Numbered from the stretch's first letter, positions 6,247 to 16,960 are shown. The stretch is 64,000 bases of DNA from an uncultured virus (IMG/VR IMGVR_UViG_3300046474_000019) (IMGVR_UViG_3300046474_000019), one strand, 5' to 3'. The notes: generated by a model from the sequence alone, not told the origin. Numbers and translations are program-made.

Positions 6247-6328
6247 AGCTTGCTAAAGCAACCAAACACAGACGACTGACCCACCTCTACATAGCCACGT
6301 GCTATCAACGCAGTCTGTCTTGTCTCGA

Positions 6329-6357
6329 CAACCCTCTTCTTGAGGGTTTTCTTGTTT
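6329..6357 (+). terminator. rho-independent terminator ending the tRNA operon
   Basis: AACCCTC-TTCTT-GAGGGTT followed by a T-rich tail. Confidence 0.7.
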
Positions 6358-6399
6358 CCACAGTTCTAAAGAACGTCCACAATACATAAGGAAAACATC

Positions 6400-6621
6400 A
6401 TGGCTCTAACAACACCTGTAGAACAATACAAACTGATTGCACAACTTGGATTGCTGGAAGGCATCAAAGCTGGAGCTTTCATTGACGCTGGTCAAGCTGC
6501 TGCTATTACTGCCCTTACGACAGTGACTACAGCGGATGCAACTGACGAAGCAACGGCCATCACTCTGGTCAACGCATTGAAGGTTAAAGTCAATGCAATT
6601 ATTGCTGCATTGAAGGCTTGA
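6400..6621 (+). CDS. small Ala/Thr-rich virion protein (head fibre-like)
   Basis: QAAAITAL...LVNALKVKVNAIIAALKA coiled C-terminus; TAAGGA RBS. Confidence 0.6.
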   Translation: MALTTPVEQYKLIAQLGLLEGIKAGAFIDAGQAAAITALTTVTTADATDEATAITLVNALKVKVNAIIAALKA

Positions 6622-6653
6622 CATCTATTTTCAATAAATGTTATGCTTAGGGG

Positions 6654-6681
6654 TTGACAACTGGCGATTCCGATGTACAAT
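6654..6681 (+). promoter_or_regulatory. sigma70-like promoter upstream of the terminase
   Basis: TTGACA-N16-TACAAT. Confidence 0.7.
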
Positions 6682-6769
6682 AATATACATAGAGAGCAAT
6701 TCTCTAACAGGAAAACAGGGATGACCCTTCGGGGTCGCCCTTTATTACTTTCTAAAATGAGGACAGGCA

Positions 6770-8239
6770 ATGGCTGACGATATGGTCTTTGACTTGGACC
6801 CTAACGTCATCGGGCCAAAGTCGAAAAAGCAATACGACTTCATGCATAGCGAAGCAGATATTACCGTATTCGGTGGAGCTGCTGGAGCAGGCAAAAGTTA
6901 TCTGGGTGTTATGGATTTCCTTAAACACGTCCAGTATCCAAAATTCCGTGGTTGTATGGTAAGACGTACAACTCCACAACTTAAAGGTCCGGGCGGACTC
7001 CAAGAGAAAGCCGAAGAACTCTTTAAGCTGATTGATCCAAAGGTAAGATGGCGTGATAAAGAGCACCACTTCCTCTTCTCTAACGGAGCTAGAATTTACC
7101 TCCGTCACTTCGAAAACCCAAAAGACACTGAGAACTTCCAAGGCTGGGAAGTAAACCACTTCCTTGTGGACGAAGGCCAGCAGTTTGAAGAAATGATGGT
7201 TGAATACCTCACTTCTCGTATGCGTAACCCTAAGTGTCCAGAAGTTAAACCTCACATGAAGATCACTTGCAACCCTGACTATGGTAGCTTCTTGCGTCAT
7301 TGGTTGGATTGGTGGCTTGATTCAGAAACTGGAATTCCTCTTCCTGAGAGAGACGGCATTGTTCGTTACTTCCTCAAGATGGATGGTAAGATGATGTGGG
7401 GCGATACGAAGGCTGAGTTGATTGAGAAGTATGGTAAGCCGCATCTAGCCCATGATCATGAAGACCAAGTTAAACCTCTCAGCTTCAAATTCATTGCAGC
7501 TAACGTCTACGACAACCCAGTTCTATGTAAAGCACAACCAGAGTATGTTGGTTGGCTTGAAGGATTAGGTCGTGTTGAGAAGGCTCGCCTACTTTATGGT
7601 AGTTGGCTTGCACGTGCTGAAGGTACAGGATACTTCAAATCGCAATGGTGCAACATGGTGACTCAACGTGACCTGAAATCTATTAAGAGAGTAAGAGCGT
7701 GGGATATCAGTGGTACTGTTGAATCTGAAACCAATCGAAACCCTGACTGGACTGCTGGTGTTCTCATGAGCAGAAACAAGATGGGCATCTATACAGTTGA
7801 AGATGTTGTTCGTGATCGTCGCCGTCATGGTGGTGTATTCGACATGATTCTGGAAACTGCGAGACACGATGGTGATGATGTACAAATTATCGTTCCATGC
7901 GACCCCGGTGCTGCCGGTAAAGCTTATGCTGCTCAGCTCATTCGTGACTTAGCAGATCATGGTTTTATGGCTCGTATGAAAACAACTAACAAATCTAAGG
8001 TCACTCGATTCGCTCCTTTTGCTGCAACAGCAGAAGCTGGTAGCGTTGAGATTGTAGAGGCTGACTGGACGAAGGACTACTTGCTGGAACTTGAACGTTT
8101 CGACGGTAGCAAAAATATTAAGGATGACCAAGTGGACGCCACATCTGATGCTTTCCACGCATTGTCTTCTGAACAATATCTTCCTGACTTCTCGGTCCCA
8201 ACAATGACACAGACTAACCCATTCGCATTCTACAGATAA
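6770..8239 (+). CDS. terL: terminase large subunit
   Basis: Walker A GGAAGAGKS, Walker B LVDEGQQ, TCNP motif III, RAWD and DDQVDA nuclease motifs. Confidence 0.95.
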   Translation: MADDMVFDLDPNVIGPKSKKQYDFMHSEADITVFGGAAGAGKSYLGVMDFLKHVQYPKFRGCMVRRTTPQLKGPGGLQEKAEELFKLIDPKVRWRDKEHHFLFSNGARIYLRHFENPKDTENFQGWEVNHFLVDEGQQFEEMMVEYLTSRMRNPKCPEVKPHMKITCNPDYGSFLRHWLDWWLDSETGIPLPERDGIVRYFLKMDGKMMWGDTKAELIEKYGKPHLAHDHEDQVKPLSFKFIAANVYDNPVLCKAQPEYVGWLEGLGRVEKARLLYGSWLARAEGTGYFKSQWCNMVTQRDLKSIKRVRAWDISGTVESETNRNPDWTAGVLMSRNKMGIYTVEDVVRDRRRHGGVFDMILETARHDGDDVQIIVPCDPGAAGKAYAAQLIRDLADHGFMARMKTTNKSKVTRFAPFAATAEAGSVEIVEADWTKDYLLELERFDGSKNIKDDQVDATSDAFHALSSEQYLPDFSVPTMTQTNPFAFYR

Positions 8240-8250
8240 GGTGAGGATTA

Positions 8251-9708
8251 ATGGCTAAGAGAAAAGTTGAGAAAGTAGCTGCTCCGATGCCCAGACTTCG
8301 CCTTGGTGAGATTGGTGCTATTGGACTTAAACAATATGGTGGGCATGTAGCGGAAGAGAATCGTCGTGAACTTAGGTTCCCAGAGGCGTGCAAAACATTC
8401 CGTACAATGTCCCAAGACGCTACAATCAAGTCTGCCATCTCTCTTGTTGAGATGATGATCAGTCGTGTTGATTGGAGTGTTGATCTGGGGATTGAACCAG
8501 ATGCTGCAATGAAAGCTCGCGGAGAATTCCTTGAGTCTGTTATCAACGATATGGAACACAGCTTTGCTGACTTCATTCGTGAGGTAACAAGTATGTACAC
8601 GTATGGCTTCTCTGTTCATGAGAAAGTATACCGTCGTCGTACATTTGAGTCTGGCTCTTCTTACAATGACAACAAGATTGGCATCAGGAAGCTCCCAGTT
8701 CGCTCTCAGGACACAATCTCTCGTTGGGTATACAGTGACGACGGTCGTGATCTAGTCGGCCTTGAACAGTCCCTAGCGGGCGTTCAGAACGGTGATAGAT
8801 ACTTCAACCTGAGTCAGAACGGCATCATCCAAATCCCTCGTAAGAAATTCATGCTGTTTCGTGTGGATGCAAAGCGTGACAACCCAGAAGGCAACAGCCC
8901 TCTACGTGGTTGCTACAATGCTTGGCTCTTCCGCAGACAGATTGAAGAACAGGAAGCTATCGGTGTCACACGTGACATGAACGGTATGCCAACTCTGTAT
9001 CTTCCACCACGCTATATGAGTGAAGACGCATCTGATAGTGAGAAGGCAATCTTCGAATACTACAAGAACGTTATCCGTAACATCCAAATGAACGAACAAT
9101 CTGGACTCATCTTGCCACAGGCATTTGACCCAGAGAGCCGTCAACCTCTCTTCAAGTTTGAACTGACTTCCACCCAAGGTGGAAAGATGTACGACACAGA
9201 CGTAATCATCAAGCGTTGGGATAACAAAATCCTAATGGTGTTGTTTGCTGATATGTTGAAGATGGGACAGGATCAAGTTGGATCGTACTCGCTTGCTGGT
9301 GCAAAAACAAACATTATGGCGATGGCTATTGAAGCCCGTCTGAAAGAGATTCAAGACACGCTCAACAACGATTTGATCCCACAGCTCTTTGCCCTTAACG
9401 GTGAGATTCTGACAGCCAAGCAACTGCCTAAACTGTGCTACGGTGATCTTGACGAAGTTGACTTGGATGAATTCTCTAAAGCAATCCAACGTATGGGTAG
9501 TGTTGGTGCCCTTGAACTTGACCGCGATATGGCGAACAAGATTCGTGAATCTATTAAAGTTGTACCTAAGAAACCAGATGAACCAGTTGACAAAGAAGAA
9601 ATCATGGGTGGCGACAGCCAAGCAGGTGACGGAATGAAAGCTGGCGGTGGTAACGGTGCTTCTAAGAAAGCTTCTGGCAGAGACAACGCTGCTGCAAACA
9701 ACGCATAA
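8251..9708 (+). CDS. portal protein
   Basis: Follows terL; 485 aa; YGFSVHEKVY, NPEGNSPL, GSYSL motifs. Confidence 0.88.
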   Translation: MAKRKVEKVAAPMPRLRLGEIGAIGLKQYGGHVAEENRRELRFPEACKTFRTMSQDATIKSAISLVEMMISRVDWSVDLGIEPDAAMKARGEFLESVINDMEHSFADFIREVTSMYTYGFSVHEKVYRRRTFESGSSYNDNKIGIRKLPVRSQDTISRWVYSDDGRDLVGLEQSLAGVQNGDRYFNLSQNGIIQIPRKKFMLFRVDAKRDNPEGNSPLRGCYNAWLFRRQIEEQEAIGVTRDMNGMPTLYLPPRYMSEDASDSEKAIFEYYKNVIRNIQMNEQSGLILPQAFDPESRQPLFKFELTSTQGGKMYDTDVIIKRWDNKILMVLFADMLKMGQDQVGSYSLAGAKTNIMAMAIEARLKEIQDTLNNDLIPQLFALNGEILTAKQLPKLCYGDLDEVDLDEFSKAIQRMGSVGALELDRDMANKIRESIKVVPKKPDEPVDKEEIMGGDSQAGDGMKAGGGNGASKKASGRDNAAANNA

Positions 9709-9717
9709 GGAGCCACA

Positions 9718-10170
9718 ATGAAATTCGTTGATGCACTCGCTGAACTAATCGAGAAACACTTTGGTGGTACAAAAGTTCCAGCAACTTTGACCCTTGAAGT
9801 CACAAAGTCTCTAGATGAAGAGGACCGCAAGGCTCTCTTTGTTGTACTTGAACCTGATGTTGTTGACCTTCACGGTGATACATACACAGCAGTTGAAGTT
9901 GAGAAAGCTTGTGACAACTACAATGAACATTGCCGTGTTGCAAACCTCTTTCACAAAGTTGAGACTGAAGAAGCTACTGTCGTTCAATCGTTTATCTCTC
10001 CTGCTGACTTCACACTAGATAATGGTGTTGAAGTGCAGAAAGGTACATGGCTGCAATGGTGGAAGTTCCCTGAGACTGAAACTGGTGAGGTTTTGTGGCA
10101 AGGTGTTAAATCCGGTGATATCAATGGCGTATCCATTGGTGCTATGGCAACTGCCGAGGAACTAGAATGA
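9718..10170 (+). CDS. XkdF-like prohead serine protease
   Basis: VLEPDVVDLHGD, KGTWL, GDINGVSIG. Confidence 0.8.
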   Translation: MKFVDALAELIEKHFGGTKVPATLTLEVTKSLDEEDRKALFVVLEPDVVDLHGDTYTAVEVEKACDNYNEHCRVANLFHKVETEEATVVQSFISPADFTLDNGVEVQKGTWLQWWKFPETETGEVLWQGVKSGDINGVSIGAMATAEELE

Positions 10171-11081
10171 CAATCATTGCAAAACGCCGTCTAACAGACA
10201 TCAAGTTTGAGCATGAAGGGGCACACGTTGCCCTTGTCGGTAAACACCAAGGTGGCCCAGCTAATGGCGTTACTACATTGATTACCAAAGCTACAAACGA
10301 CATTACACAAGAACAAATTGAGAAGGCTACAACAGTAACCGTCGAAATGCAGTTCCCCGAATTCCTGCGTAAGTTCTTTGGACTTTACTGGGATGATGCA
10401 GAAGTTCTTTCTTCTGTTATGGGCTTTGGACGTACAGAGTCTCCTGATACAAATGAGAAAGATTGGATCGATCAGAAGGTTGAATCTATCAACATCATGA
10501 AGTCTGTATATAAAGCTCAAGACGTGGAGAAGGCTCTAGCAGCTCTGACTCCAGAACAAACTCTGGCCCTACTGGCCGATCAAGAAATGCTGGAGAAAGC
10601 CTTTAAAGCAATTCCAGAACATACACAAATCAAACATGAGGAAACTCCAATGGAAACAATCCTGAAAGCTGCTCACGAAGAAGCTGTAGCTTCTGCTGTT
10701 GCAATTGAAAAAGCTGCTGGCGTGTCTGCTGTTGCTCTTATTCAAAAAGCCCTAGACGAACAATCCGTTGTTCTGAAGGCTGTTCAAGACAAACTAACTG
10801 AATTCGAAACTGCTGCTGAAGCTGCTAAAGTAGAACTGCGTAAAGCTGCTCTGGTTGACGCCAAAGTTCCTGCTGACAAAGCAGAGGCTGTATTGAAGTC
10901 GCTGGCCGCTCTGGACGACGAATCGTTCGCCTCCACTGTTGCTACAATGAAGTCTATGGCTTCTGTAGTTGACAATTCTGAAATGATGCAAGAAGCAGGC
11001 GTTGCCGGTGCTGGTGCAGAGTCTCAAGAAGAAGTTGATCGCACAACTGCAATCCTTAAAGCCCGTTACGGCGTTAAGTAA
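10167..11081 (+). CDS. capsid scaffolding-like protein
   Basis: HVALV...ANG N-terminus, Ala-rich coiled C-terminal half, position before capsid genes. Confidence 0.65.
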   Translation: MTIIAKRRLTDIKFEHEGAHVALVGKHQGGPANGVTTLITKATNDITQEQIEKATTVTVEMQFPEFLRKFFGLYWDDAEVLSSVMGFGRTESPDTNEKDWIDQKVESINIMKSVYKAQDVEKALAALTPEQTLALLADQEMLEKAFKAIPEHTQIKHEETPMETILKAAHEEAVASAVAIEKAAGVSAVALIQKALDEQSVVLKAVQDKLTEFETAAEAAKVELRKAALVDAKVPADKAEAVLKSLAALDDESFASTVATMKSMASVVDNSEMMQEAGVAGAGAESQEEVDRTTAILKARYGVK

Positions 11082-11107
11082 TTTATTATCTATAGGAGAT
11101 ACACACA

Positions 11108-11494
11108 ATGGCAAATTACGCTGCTGATGTACAACGTCTAAGCAACTGGCTGGTATACGAAGAAGAAGCTGGTTCTGGCGTAACACGTGAAGTGTTGCTC
11201 AAGTCTGCTGTAAACGCTACGATCACAGGTTCTGTTCTTGACAGCACTGGTGCTCTAGTTGTTGCTGCAACTCTGGCTGACGCTACATACATTTTGATTG
11301 ACGACCTGACTCGTCCTTCTGCTGCCGAATACACCAATGTATTGGTACTGGCTCGCGGTCACGCGAAAGTTGGTAAGGCTGCACTTATCTTTGGTTCTGA
11401 CGTTACGACTGATAACCAACGTAAGACTGCAACTGACAAACTGGCTCTGAAGAACATCTTCGCAGTTGATCAACTTACCTACAACAACGTTTAA
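11108..11494 (+). CDS. head decoration protein
   Basis: Position before the major capsid gene; VLARGHAKV motif. Confidence 0.7.
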   Translation: MANYAADVQRLSNWLVYEEEAGSGVTREVLLKSAVNATITGSVLDSTGALVVAATLADATYILIDDLTRPSAAEYTNVLVLARGHAKVGKAALIFGSDVTTDNQRKTATDKLALKNIFAVDQLTYNNV

Positions 11495-11506
11495 TAGGAG
11501 GACATA

Positions 11507-12565
11507 ATGTCTACAGTACAACTTGCTAAACAGGCCACTCGTAGCTACGCAGGCAACAACTACGAATACACTGACCTGTCCCAGCCGCTGATGATTATCC
11601 CGAATGACTGGTTCCTTGGAACACAGTTGGGCATCTTCGGAAAAGACACAACTTCTCAAGAGACTATTACTCTTGAAGAAATCACCGTTGGATACGGTCT
11701 GATCAAAGACGTTCACCGTGGTGCTCGTCACACCGTGGTCAGCGATCCAACTCGCAAAATGCAAGCATTTGCAATCCCACACTTCACCCTAGACGCCTCC
11801 ATCACTCCACGTGATATCCAAGGTAAGCGTGCTTTCGGTGTAGACGAACTGGAAACTCTGGCTGCTGTGCGTGCACGTAAGCTTGAAGTAATCCGTAAGT
11901 CTTGGGCTGCAACTCACGAAGCTGCTATCTGGCACACAATCGTAACTGGTACTGCTTACGCTCCTAACGGCAACGTAACATACAACTGGTACACAGAGTT
12001 CGGTGCAACACGCACAACTGTTGACTTCGAACTGAACACTGCTACAACCGATATCATCGCAAAAACTGAAGAAGTTTTCGCTTCTATCCAAGACAACGCT
12101 CTGGACGGAACTGTACGTGGTGAAGTATTCGCTGTTGCATCGCCAGAGTTCTTCGCGAAGCTGATCGGCCACCCAACAATGAAGGCACTGTGGCTAGCTT
12201 ACGCTCAGTCTCCACAAATCCTTCGTGACCGTCTGAAGGCGAAAGGCTACGACGCTCGTTACCGTGAATTCACAATCGGTAACATCACTTACATCGAAAA
12301 CCGTGGGGTTAACCCAGATGGCTCTCGCCAGATTCCAGTTGGCGACTGCTACTTCTTCCCAAGCGATGTAGGCGATGGTGACAACTTCGTCCAGTACTTC
12401 GGACCAGCAGATCACTTCGACTTCGTTAACACCCAAGGTCAAGAGCTATACGCTTTCGAATTCGGTGACAACCGTGGTCAGATGATCGAAATCCAAACCG
12501 AGTCCAACTTCCTGAACGTGCTTCGCCGTCCACAGTTGATCGTTAAAGGCATCGTTGGTGCCTAA
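11507..12565 (+). CDS. major capsid protein (lambda E-like)
   Basis: 352 aa; FAIPHF, YFGPAD, QTESNFL...RPQLIV; strong RBS; followed by a terminator. Confidence 0.9.
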   Translation: MSTVQLAKQATRSYAGNNYEYTDLSQPLMIIPNDWFLGTQLGIFGKDTTSQETITLEEITVGYGLIKDVHRGARHTVVSDPTRKMQAFAIPHFTLDASITPRDIQGKRAFGVDELETLAAVRARKLEVIRKSWAATHEAAIWHTIVTGTAYAPNGNVTYNWYTEFGATRTTVDFELNTATTDIIAKTEEVFASIQDNALDGTVRGEVFAVASPEFFAKLIGHPTMKALWLAYAQSPQILRDRLKAKGYDARYREFTIGNITYIENRGVNPDGSRQIPVGDCYFFPSDVGDGDNFVQYFGPADHFDFVNTQGQELYAFEFGDNRGQMIEIQTESNFLNVLRRPQLIVKGIVGA

Positions 12566-12572
12566 TTGAAAT

Positions 12573-12599
12573 GGGGCGGGCTTTGCCTGCCCCTTTCTT
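12573..12599 (+). terminator. rho-independent terminator
   Basis: GGGGCGGGC-TTT-GCCTGCCCC then TTTCTT. Confidence 0.75.
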
Positions 12600-12617
12600 G
12601 TTACAGGAGGCCAAGAT

Positions 12618-13097
12618 ATGCCGTACACTGGTTCGCCATCCACAAGTGCTACTGACCGTGTTCGTTTGAACGTAGGTGACATTTGGCCTGATATGGAATG
12701 GCTGCACGACGAAGATTATCAATACTTCATCGACAAGAATAATGGCAACGAGAATAGAGCAACACTAGATGCTGCCCGTGCCTTGTTGTTTGTCCTGACA
12801 CGCTTCACACGTGAACGTACAGGTGATATTGAGGTCTATGGTGGTGATATTTTCAGTAACTACTTTAGAGCCTTGGAACTTATCCTGAAAGACCCGAACA
12901 TCGCAATCAGCGTGGCTATGCCATATGCTGGTGGTATCTCTAGAAGCGACATGCACGCTAACAGAGTAAACTGCGACAACAATGCCGTCATGGTGCCAAC
13001 TGATCGTCCTCAACTTAGATTGGGATGCGGTAACTGGCAATACAACTATGACGCTTCCTGCCGTGGTGTAGGTGGTGGTCATGGGCTTCAGTATTAA
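12618..13097 (+). CDS. head-tail adaptor
   Basis: DRVRLNVGD...LHDEDYQY; MPYAGGIS; synteny. Confidence 0.7.
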   Translation: MPYTGSPSTSATDRVRLNVGDIWPDMEWLHDEDYQYFIDKNNGNENRATLDAARALLFVLTRFTRERTGDIEVYGGDIFSNYFRALELILKDPNIAISVAMPYAGGISRSDMHANRVNCDNNAVMVPTDRPQLRLGCGNWQYNYDASCRGVGGGHGLQY

Positions 13098-13548
13098 GTT
13101 TGAAAACAAAATCCCAGCCTTGATGAAGAGGTTGGACAAATTAAACGGTATGGAAGTCGAAGTTGGTTTCTTTGAAGAGGATCGTTACGGCCCTGAGAAC
13201 CACAACTTGCCTGTAGCTACTGTAGCTGCATACAACGAATTCGGTACTGTGCATAACCCACAAAGACCTTTCATGACAGACACTTTCTCTGAAGGCACTA
13301 ACCAAGCCATCATGGCTGCTCAGATGAAACAAGTGTTCGGTAACGTTATTAAAGGCGGGACAGCCACACAAAGGTTGTTGAACATCCTTGGTCGTATCAC
13401 TGGAGAGTTGATGCAAATCAGCATCGCACAATATGCCGCTATGGGCGGTAACTCCAAGAGGACGATTGAGAAAAAAGGCGGTAGAGATACGCCACTGATT
13501 GACACAGGTAAGATGCTTGAGTCTGTCAGATTCCACATCCACCGTTAA
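13081..13548 (+). CDS. neck/virion morphogenesis protein
   Basis: NEFGT...PQRPF and PLIDTG motifs. Confidence 0.75.
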   Translation: MGFSIKFENKIPALMKRLDKLNGMEVEVGFFEEDRYGPENHNLPVATVAAYNEFGTVHNPQRPFMTDTFSEGTNQAIMAAQMKQVFGNVIKGGTATQRLLNILGRITGELMQISIAQYAAMGGNSKRTIEKKGGRDTPLIDTGKMLESVRFHIHR

Positions 13549-13559
13549 GGAGTACATAA

Positions 13560-13928
13560 ATGAGAAATCCACCACTGCTCCTAACTGGACACACAACGCT
13601 CGATATTATCCGCCGTGAGGCTGAGACAATCATTCGAGGGCGTCCTAGCCCCGGAGCTGAGAGTACAGTCCAAGTTGTATGCAACGTACAACCGGTGCTG
13701 AAATCCACAGACACCTACCTCTTGCCAGAAGCAGATCGAACACGTGCAACACTCAAAGTGTATACGAAAGGCGCTTCGCTAAGACAACGTAAAGAAGGAC
13801 CAAACGGATATGCTGCTGACCGCTTCTACTGGAAGGGTGAGTTGTACGAAGTTATGAAGGTCATTGATTATGATATGGGTGTGTTGTCGCATTATAAGGC
13901 TCTCTGTATGCGGGTAGAACTCACATGA
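13560..13928 (+). CDS. head closure protein
   Basis: NVQP...LPEADR...ADRFYWKGELYEV; synteny. Confidence 0.65.
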   Translation: MRNPPLLLTGHTTLDIIRREAETIIRGRPSPGAESTVQVVCNVQPVLKSTDTYLLPEADRTRATLKVYTKGASLRQRKEGPNGYAADRFYWKGELYEVMKVIDYDMGVLSHYKALCMRVELT

Positions 13929-14494
13929 GTAATCAATCCAAAGCCGTGGCCCATTCAAATGCTACAAGACGTAAAGACATAACAGGTAAGGTCTTCAGTA
14001 AACTAACTGTAACGGGGTATGATACTGAAGCCAAGAAGTGGGTCTGTAGTTGCGAGTGTGGAGGTTCAGCTAATGTTAAAACCGCCGCACTAAACAACGG
14101 AAACACTAAGTCCTGTGGTTGCTACCAAAAGCTTAGAGCTTCGACCTCTGCAACAAAACAACACAGAGACAAGAGGATTTCGATGGGACTTCCAGAGGAT
14201 CAATTCCTAACATCTGATGTTGAACGTATCAAGTTCATGCCAGTATCTAAAGATATTTTGGTTCGGGACGACTACACATGTGCTTGGTGCTCTAAAGTTG
14301 GTGGCGATCTTAACGTACATCATATTGAGTTATGGTCTATGAAACCTGATCGTAGGTTTGATAGGACAAACTTGGCGACATTGTGCAAACCTTGTCATCT
14401 GACCGTACACAAGAACAACTTCCACGGAGAGCCTGACCCAATCATGAGTATCCTTCTTGAAGGCTACGCCAAGATTAAGGAGAACCAAGATTGA
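13925..14494 (+). CDS. HNH homing endonuclease inserted in the neck genes
   Basis: DITGKVFSKLTV, CSCECG, TKSCGC, RDDYTCAWC, VHHI, NLATLCKPCH. Confidence 0.88.
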   Translation: MSNQSKAVAHSNATRRKDITGKVFSKLTVTGYDTEAKKWVCSCECGGSANVKTAALNNGNTKSCGCYQKLRASTSATKQHRDKRISMGLPEDQFLTSDVERIKFMPVSKDILVRDDYTCAWCSKVGGDLNVHHIELWSMKPDRRFDRTNLATLCKPCHLTVHKNNFHGEPDPIMSILLEGYAKIKENQD

Positions 14495-15060
14495 ATATTT
14501 ATCAAGACCTAGAAGATTCTCTCTACAATATTGTCAACGCATTGCACCCTGACTGGAACATCTTGTTTGCTTTTACAAACGCTGCTGAGCCGGTTAATCC
14601 TTACCTCGTTATTGACGTAAAGAAACTTAACCCAATTGGCCGTGAGTATAACTCGACACCAACCCTTGGTGAAGATGACGTGAAGCTTATCCAAACAACC
14701 ATTCAAGACCACGAAGCAACTGTGAGATTTGAGTTTGTTGGTAAGTATGACGATCAAACTTCTGTGGCTGATATGGCCCAAATGCTTCAAATTGAGTTGA
14801 GGACTCAGAATGGATATTTGCTACAGGCCGAGAATAGACTCTCGCTGTTCAAGCTGTCCAGCCTTCGCAGACTTCCACTCCCAAGAGATACAGACATGTA
14901 CATGATCTATCAACTGGATTGTGTATTCGCGTATGCGGCTGTACTCACAACAGAACAGGATTATGCAACTGCCCTTCAAGGTGGCGGCGTATACCACGAT
15001 GCAAACAGGCCACCAGACTATGTACTGGAAACCGACTTTGAAATCACTCTACCTACTTAG
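14491..15060 (+). CDS. tail terminator/neck protein
   Basis: Position immediately before the sheath gene. Confidence 0.65.
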   Translation: MNIYQDLEDSLYNIVNALHPDWNILFAFTNAAEPVNPYLVIDVKKLNPIGREYNSTPTLGEDDVKLIQTTIQDHEATVRFEFVGKYDDQTSVADMAQMLQIELRTQNGYLLQAENRLSLFKLSSLRRLPLPRDTDMYMIYQLDCVFAYAAVLTTEQDYATALQGGGVYHDANRPPDYVLETDFEITLPT

Positions 15061-15071
15061 GAGAATAACGT

Positions 15072-16355
15072 ATGACCGTTCTTACGGATATCATTGAAAT
15101 CAACATCAGCCGAGAAACTGCTGCTGTTGCTCAAACAAACTTCAACGTACCTCTGTTCATTTCTGCTCACACCAAGTTTGCTGAAAGAGCACGTACATAC
15201 TCTAGCCTGACTGCTGTCGCAGAAGACTTTGAACCAACTGATACAGCGTACATCGTTGCTCAGAAACTCTTCAGCCAAGTATTGAAACCGTCGCAGATCG
15301 TAATGGGCCGTCGTTTGGTTCCAAGCTCCACAGTTAACATCAACTCTGTTGCAGTTGGTTCGTACACAATGACAATCAGCGGAGTTCCTTTCGTGTTTGT
15401 TGCTGGTGGACTAGACACTGCAATCACCATTGCTGCTGGACTGAAAACTGCTTACGACGTGACTCCAGTCACAGGCGTTACTGTTACTGACAACCTTGAC
15501 GGCTCTCTGACCATCGCTTCTGCAACTGGGTATGCTCTGGCAGTAAGTGACAACATGTCTCAGGCTAACAGCCCATCTGTTGAGTCTTGGGTAACAACAA
15601 TCAACGAAATTACTGTAGTGGATAACACTTGGTATGCCGTTATGATTGAATCCCACCTTGAGGCTGATGTTCTGACAGTTGCTGCTCAAGTAGAGGGCAT
15701 GAAGAAAGTGTTCGCCACTTCTTCTTCGTCTACTGACATTAAGACAACTTCTACAACTGATACATTCTCGAAACTGAAAGCCCTTGGCTACCAACGTACC
15801 TTCGGTCTTTACAGTGCAACAGCCGATACAGAGTTCCCAGAAGCTGCTTGGGTTGGCTACCAACTGCAAGAGCAACCTGGTTCTAACACTTGGGCTTACA
15901 AGACTCTGAGCGGTGTTACAGTGTCTACCCTGTCTGATACTGAATCTACAAACATCCATAACAAATCTGGATCGACATACGAACGAGTTGGTGGCTTGAG
16001 CAGCACTATCGGAGCGAAGATGTTCGGTGGAGAGTGGATCGATGTAATGATCTTTGTTGACTGGCTAGAACAACGCATGAAAGAACGCCTGTGGAGCCGT
16101 ATGGCTAACAGTAAGAAAATCCCTTACACAGCAGCCGGTGCCGCTATTATCGAAGCTGAGATTCGTGCTCAGTTGAACGATGGTATCCGTGTTGGTGGTT
16201 TGGCCCCAAGCCCAGCCCCAACTGTTGACGTACCAGATGTTCTTAGCGTGTCTGTCAACGCCCGTGCTCAACGTATCTTCGAAGGTATTACATTCGAAGC
16301 ACGTCTGGCTGGTGCTATCCACTTCGTTAAAATCGCAGGGACTGTAACCGTTTAA
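15072..16355 (+). CDS. tail sheath protein (DUF3383-like)
   Basis: PGSNTWAYKTLSGV, WIDVMIFVDWL, KIPYT, LAGAIHFV. Confidence 0.88.
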   Translation: MTVLTDIIEINISRETAAVAQTNFNVPLFISAHTKFAERARTYSSLTAVAEDFEPTDTAYIVAQKLFSQVLKPSQIVMGRRLVPSSTVNINSVAVGSYTMTISGVPFVFVAGGLDTAITIAAGLKTAYDVTPVTGVTVTDNLDGSLTIASATGYALAVSDNMSQANSPSVESWVTTINEITVVDNTWYAVMIESHLEADVLTVAAQVEGMKKVFATSSSSTDIKTTSTTDTFSKLKALGYQRTFGLYSATADTEFPEAAWVGYQLQEQPGSNTWAYKTLSGVTVSTLSDTESTNIHNKSGSTYERVGGLSSTIGAKMFGGEWIDVMIFVDWLEQRMKERLWSRMANSKKIPYTAAGAAIIEAEIRAQLNDGIRVGGLAPSPAPTVDVPDVLSVSVNARAQRIFEGITFEARLAGAIHFVKIAGTVTV

Positions 16356-16386
16356 TTACGGTTACACCCTCTAATAGGAGACTAAC

Positions 16387-16911
16387 ATGGCTACACAACG
16401 TCTTGCTACATTCGCTCCAAATGACGTGAGTATCATCATCACGCAATCGAGCACTGGTATTGCCCACATCATCAGCGGGTATTCTGAGGATTCCATCGTT
16501 AACATCGAATGGACAAGTCCTCGCTACGCTCTGTACACTGGTGCGGACAATACAGGTACACGTGTTTACAACGCAAGTAACTCTGCGACATTGACACTAA
16601 GCCTACAACAAACTTCTGCATCTAACGACGTATTGTCCCTGTTGTTCAACAACGACGGTCGTAACTCCGATGGTCTATTCTCTATCCAAGTGAAAGACGC
16701 TTCTGGACGTTCTACATACTTCTCTGACGATGCGTACATCGGTGTACGTCCTAACGCTGGTTTCTCTAACAGCATGATGACACGTGACTGGGTTATCCAA
16801 GCATTCAACCTTGACGGTTATGCAGGTGGTAACGCAATCTTGACTCCAGAAGATCAGAACACTGTCGAAACTCTCGGCGGTACTATCGCTGCAAAATGGA
16901 TTCAATCGTAA
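16387..16911 (+). CDS. tail tube protein (DUF3277-like)
   Basis: TFAPNDVSI, GADNTG, LQQTSASNDVL, VKDASG; follows the sheath. Confidence 0.8.
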   Translation: MATQRLATFAPNDVSIIITQSSTGIAHIISGYSEDSIVNIEWTSPRYALYTGADNTGTRVYNASNSATLTLSLQQTSASNDVLSLLFNNDGRNSDGLFSIQVKDASGRSTYFSDDAYIGVRPNAGFSNSMMTRDWVIQAFNLDGYAGGNAILTPEDQNTVETLGGTIAAKWIQS

Positions 16912-16922
16912 TACATTCGTTA

Positions 16923-16960
16923 AGGGGCTTCCATTCGTGGTGGCCCCTTTTCTTTTTCTT
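16923..16960 (+). terminator. rho-independent terminator
   Basis: AGGGGC...GCCCCT plus a T tract. Confidence 0.7.

Noticed and set aside
3233..6308. ORFs called across the tRNA cluster
   Set aside because: They overlap clear tRNA genes and have no RBS; spurious
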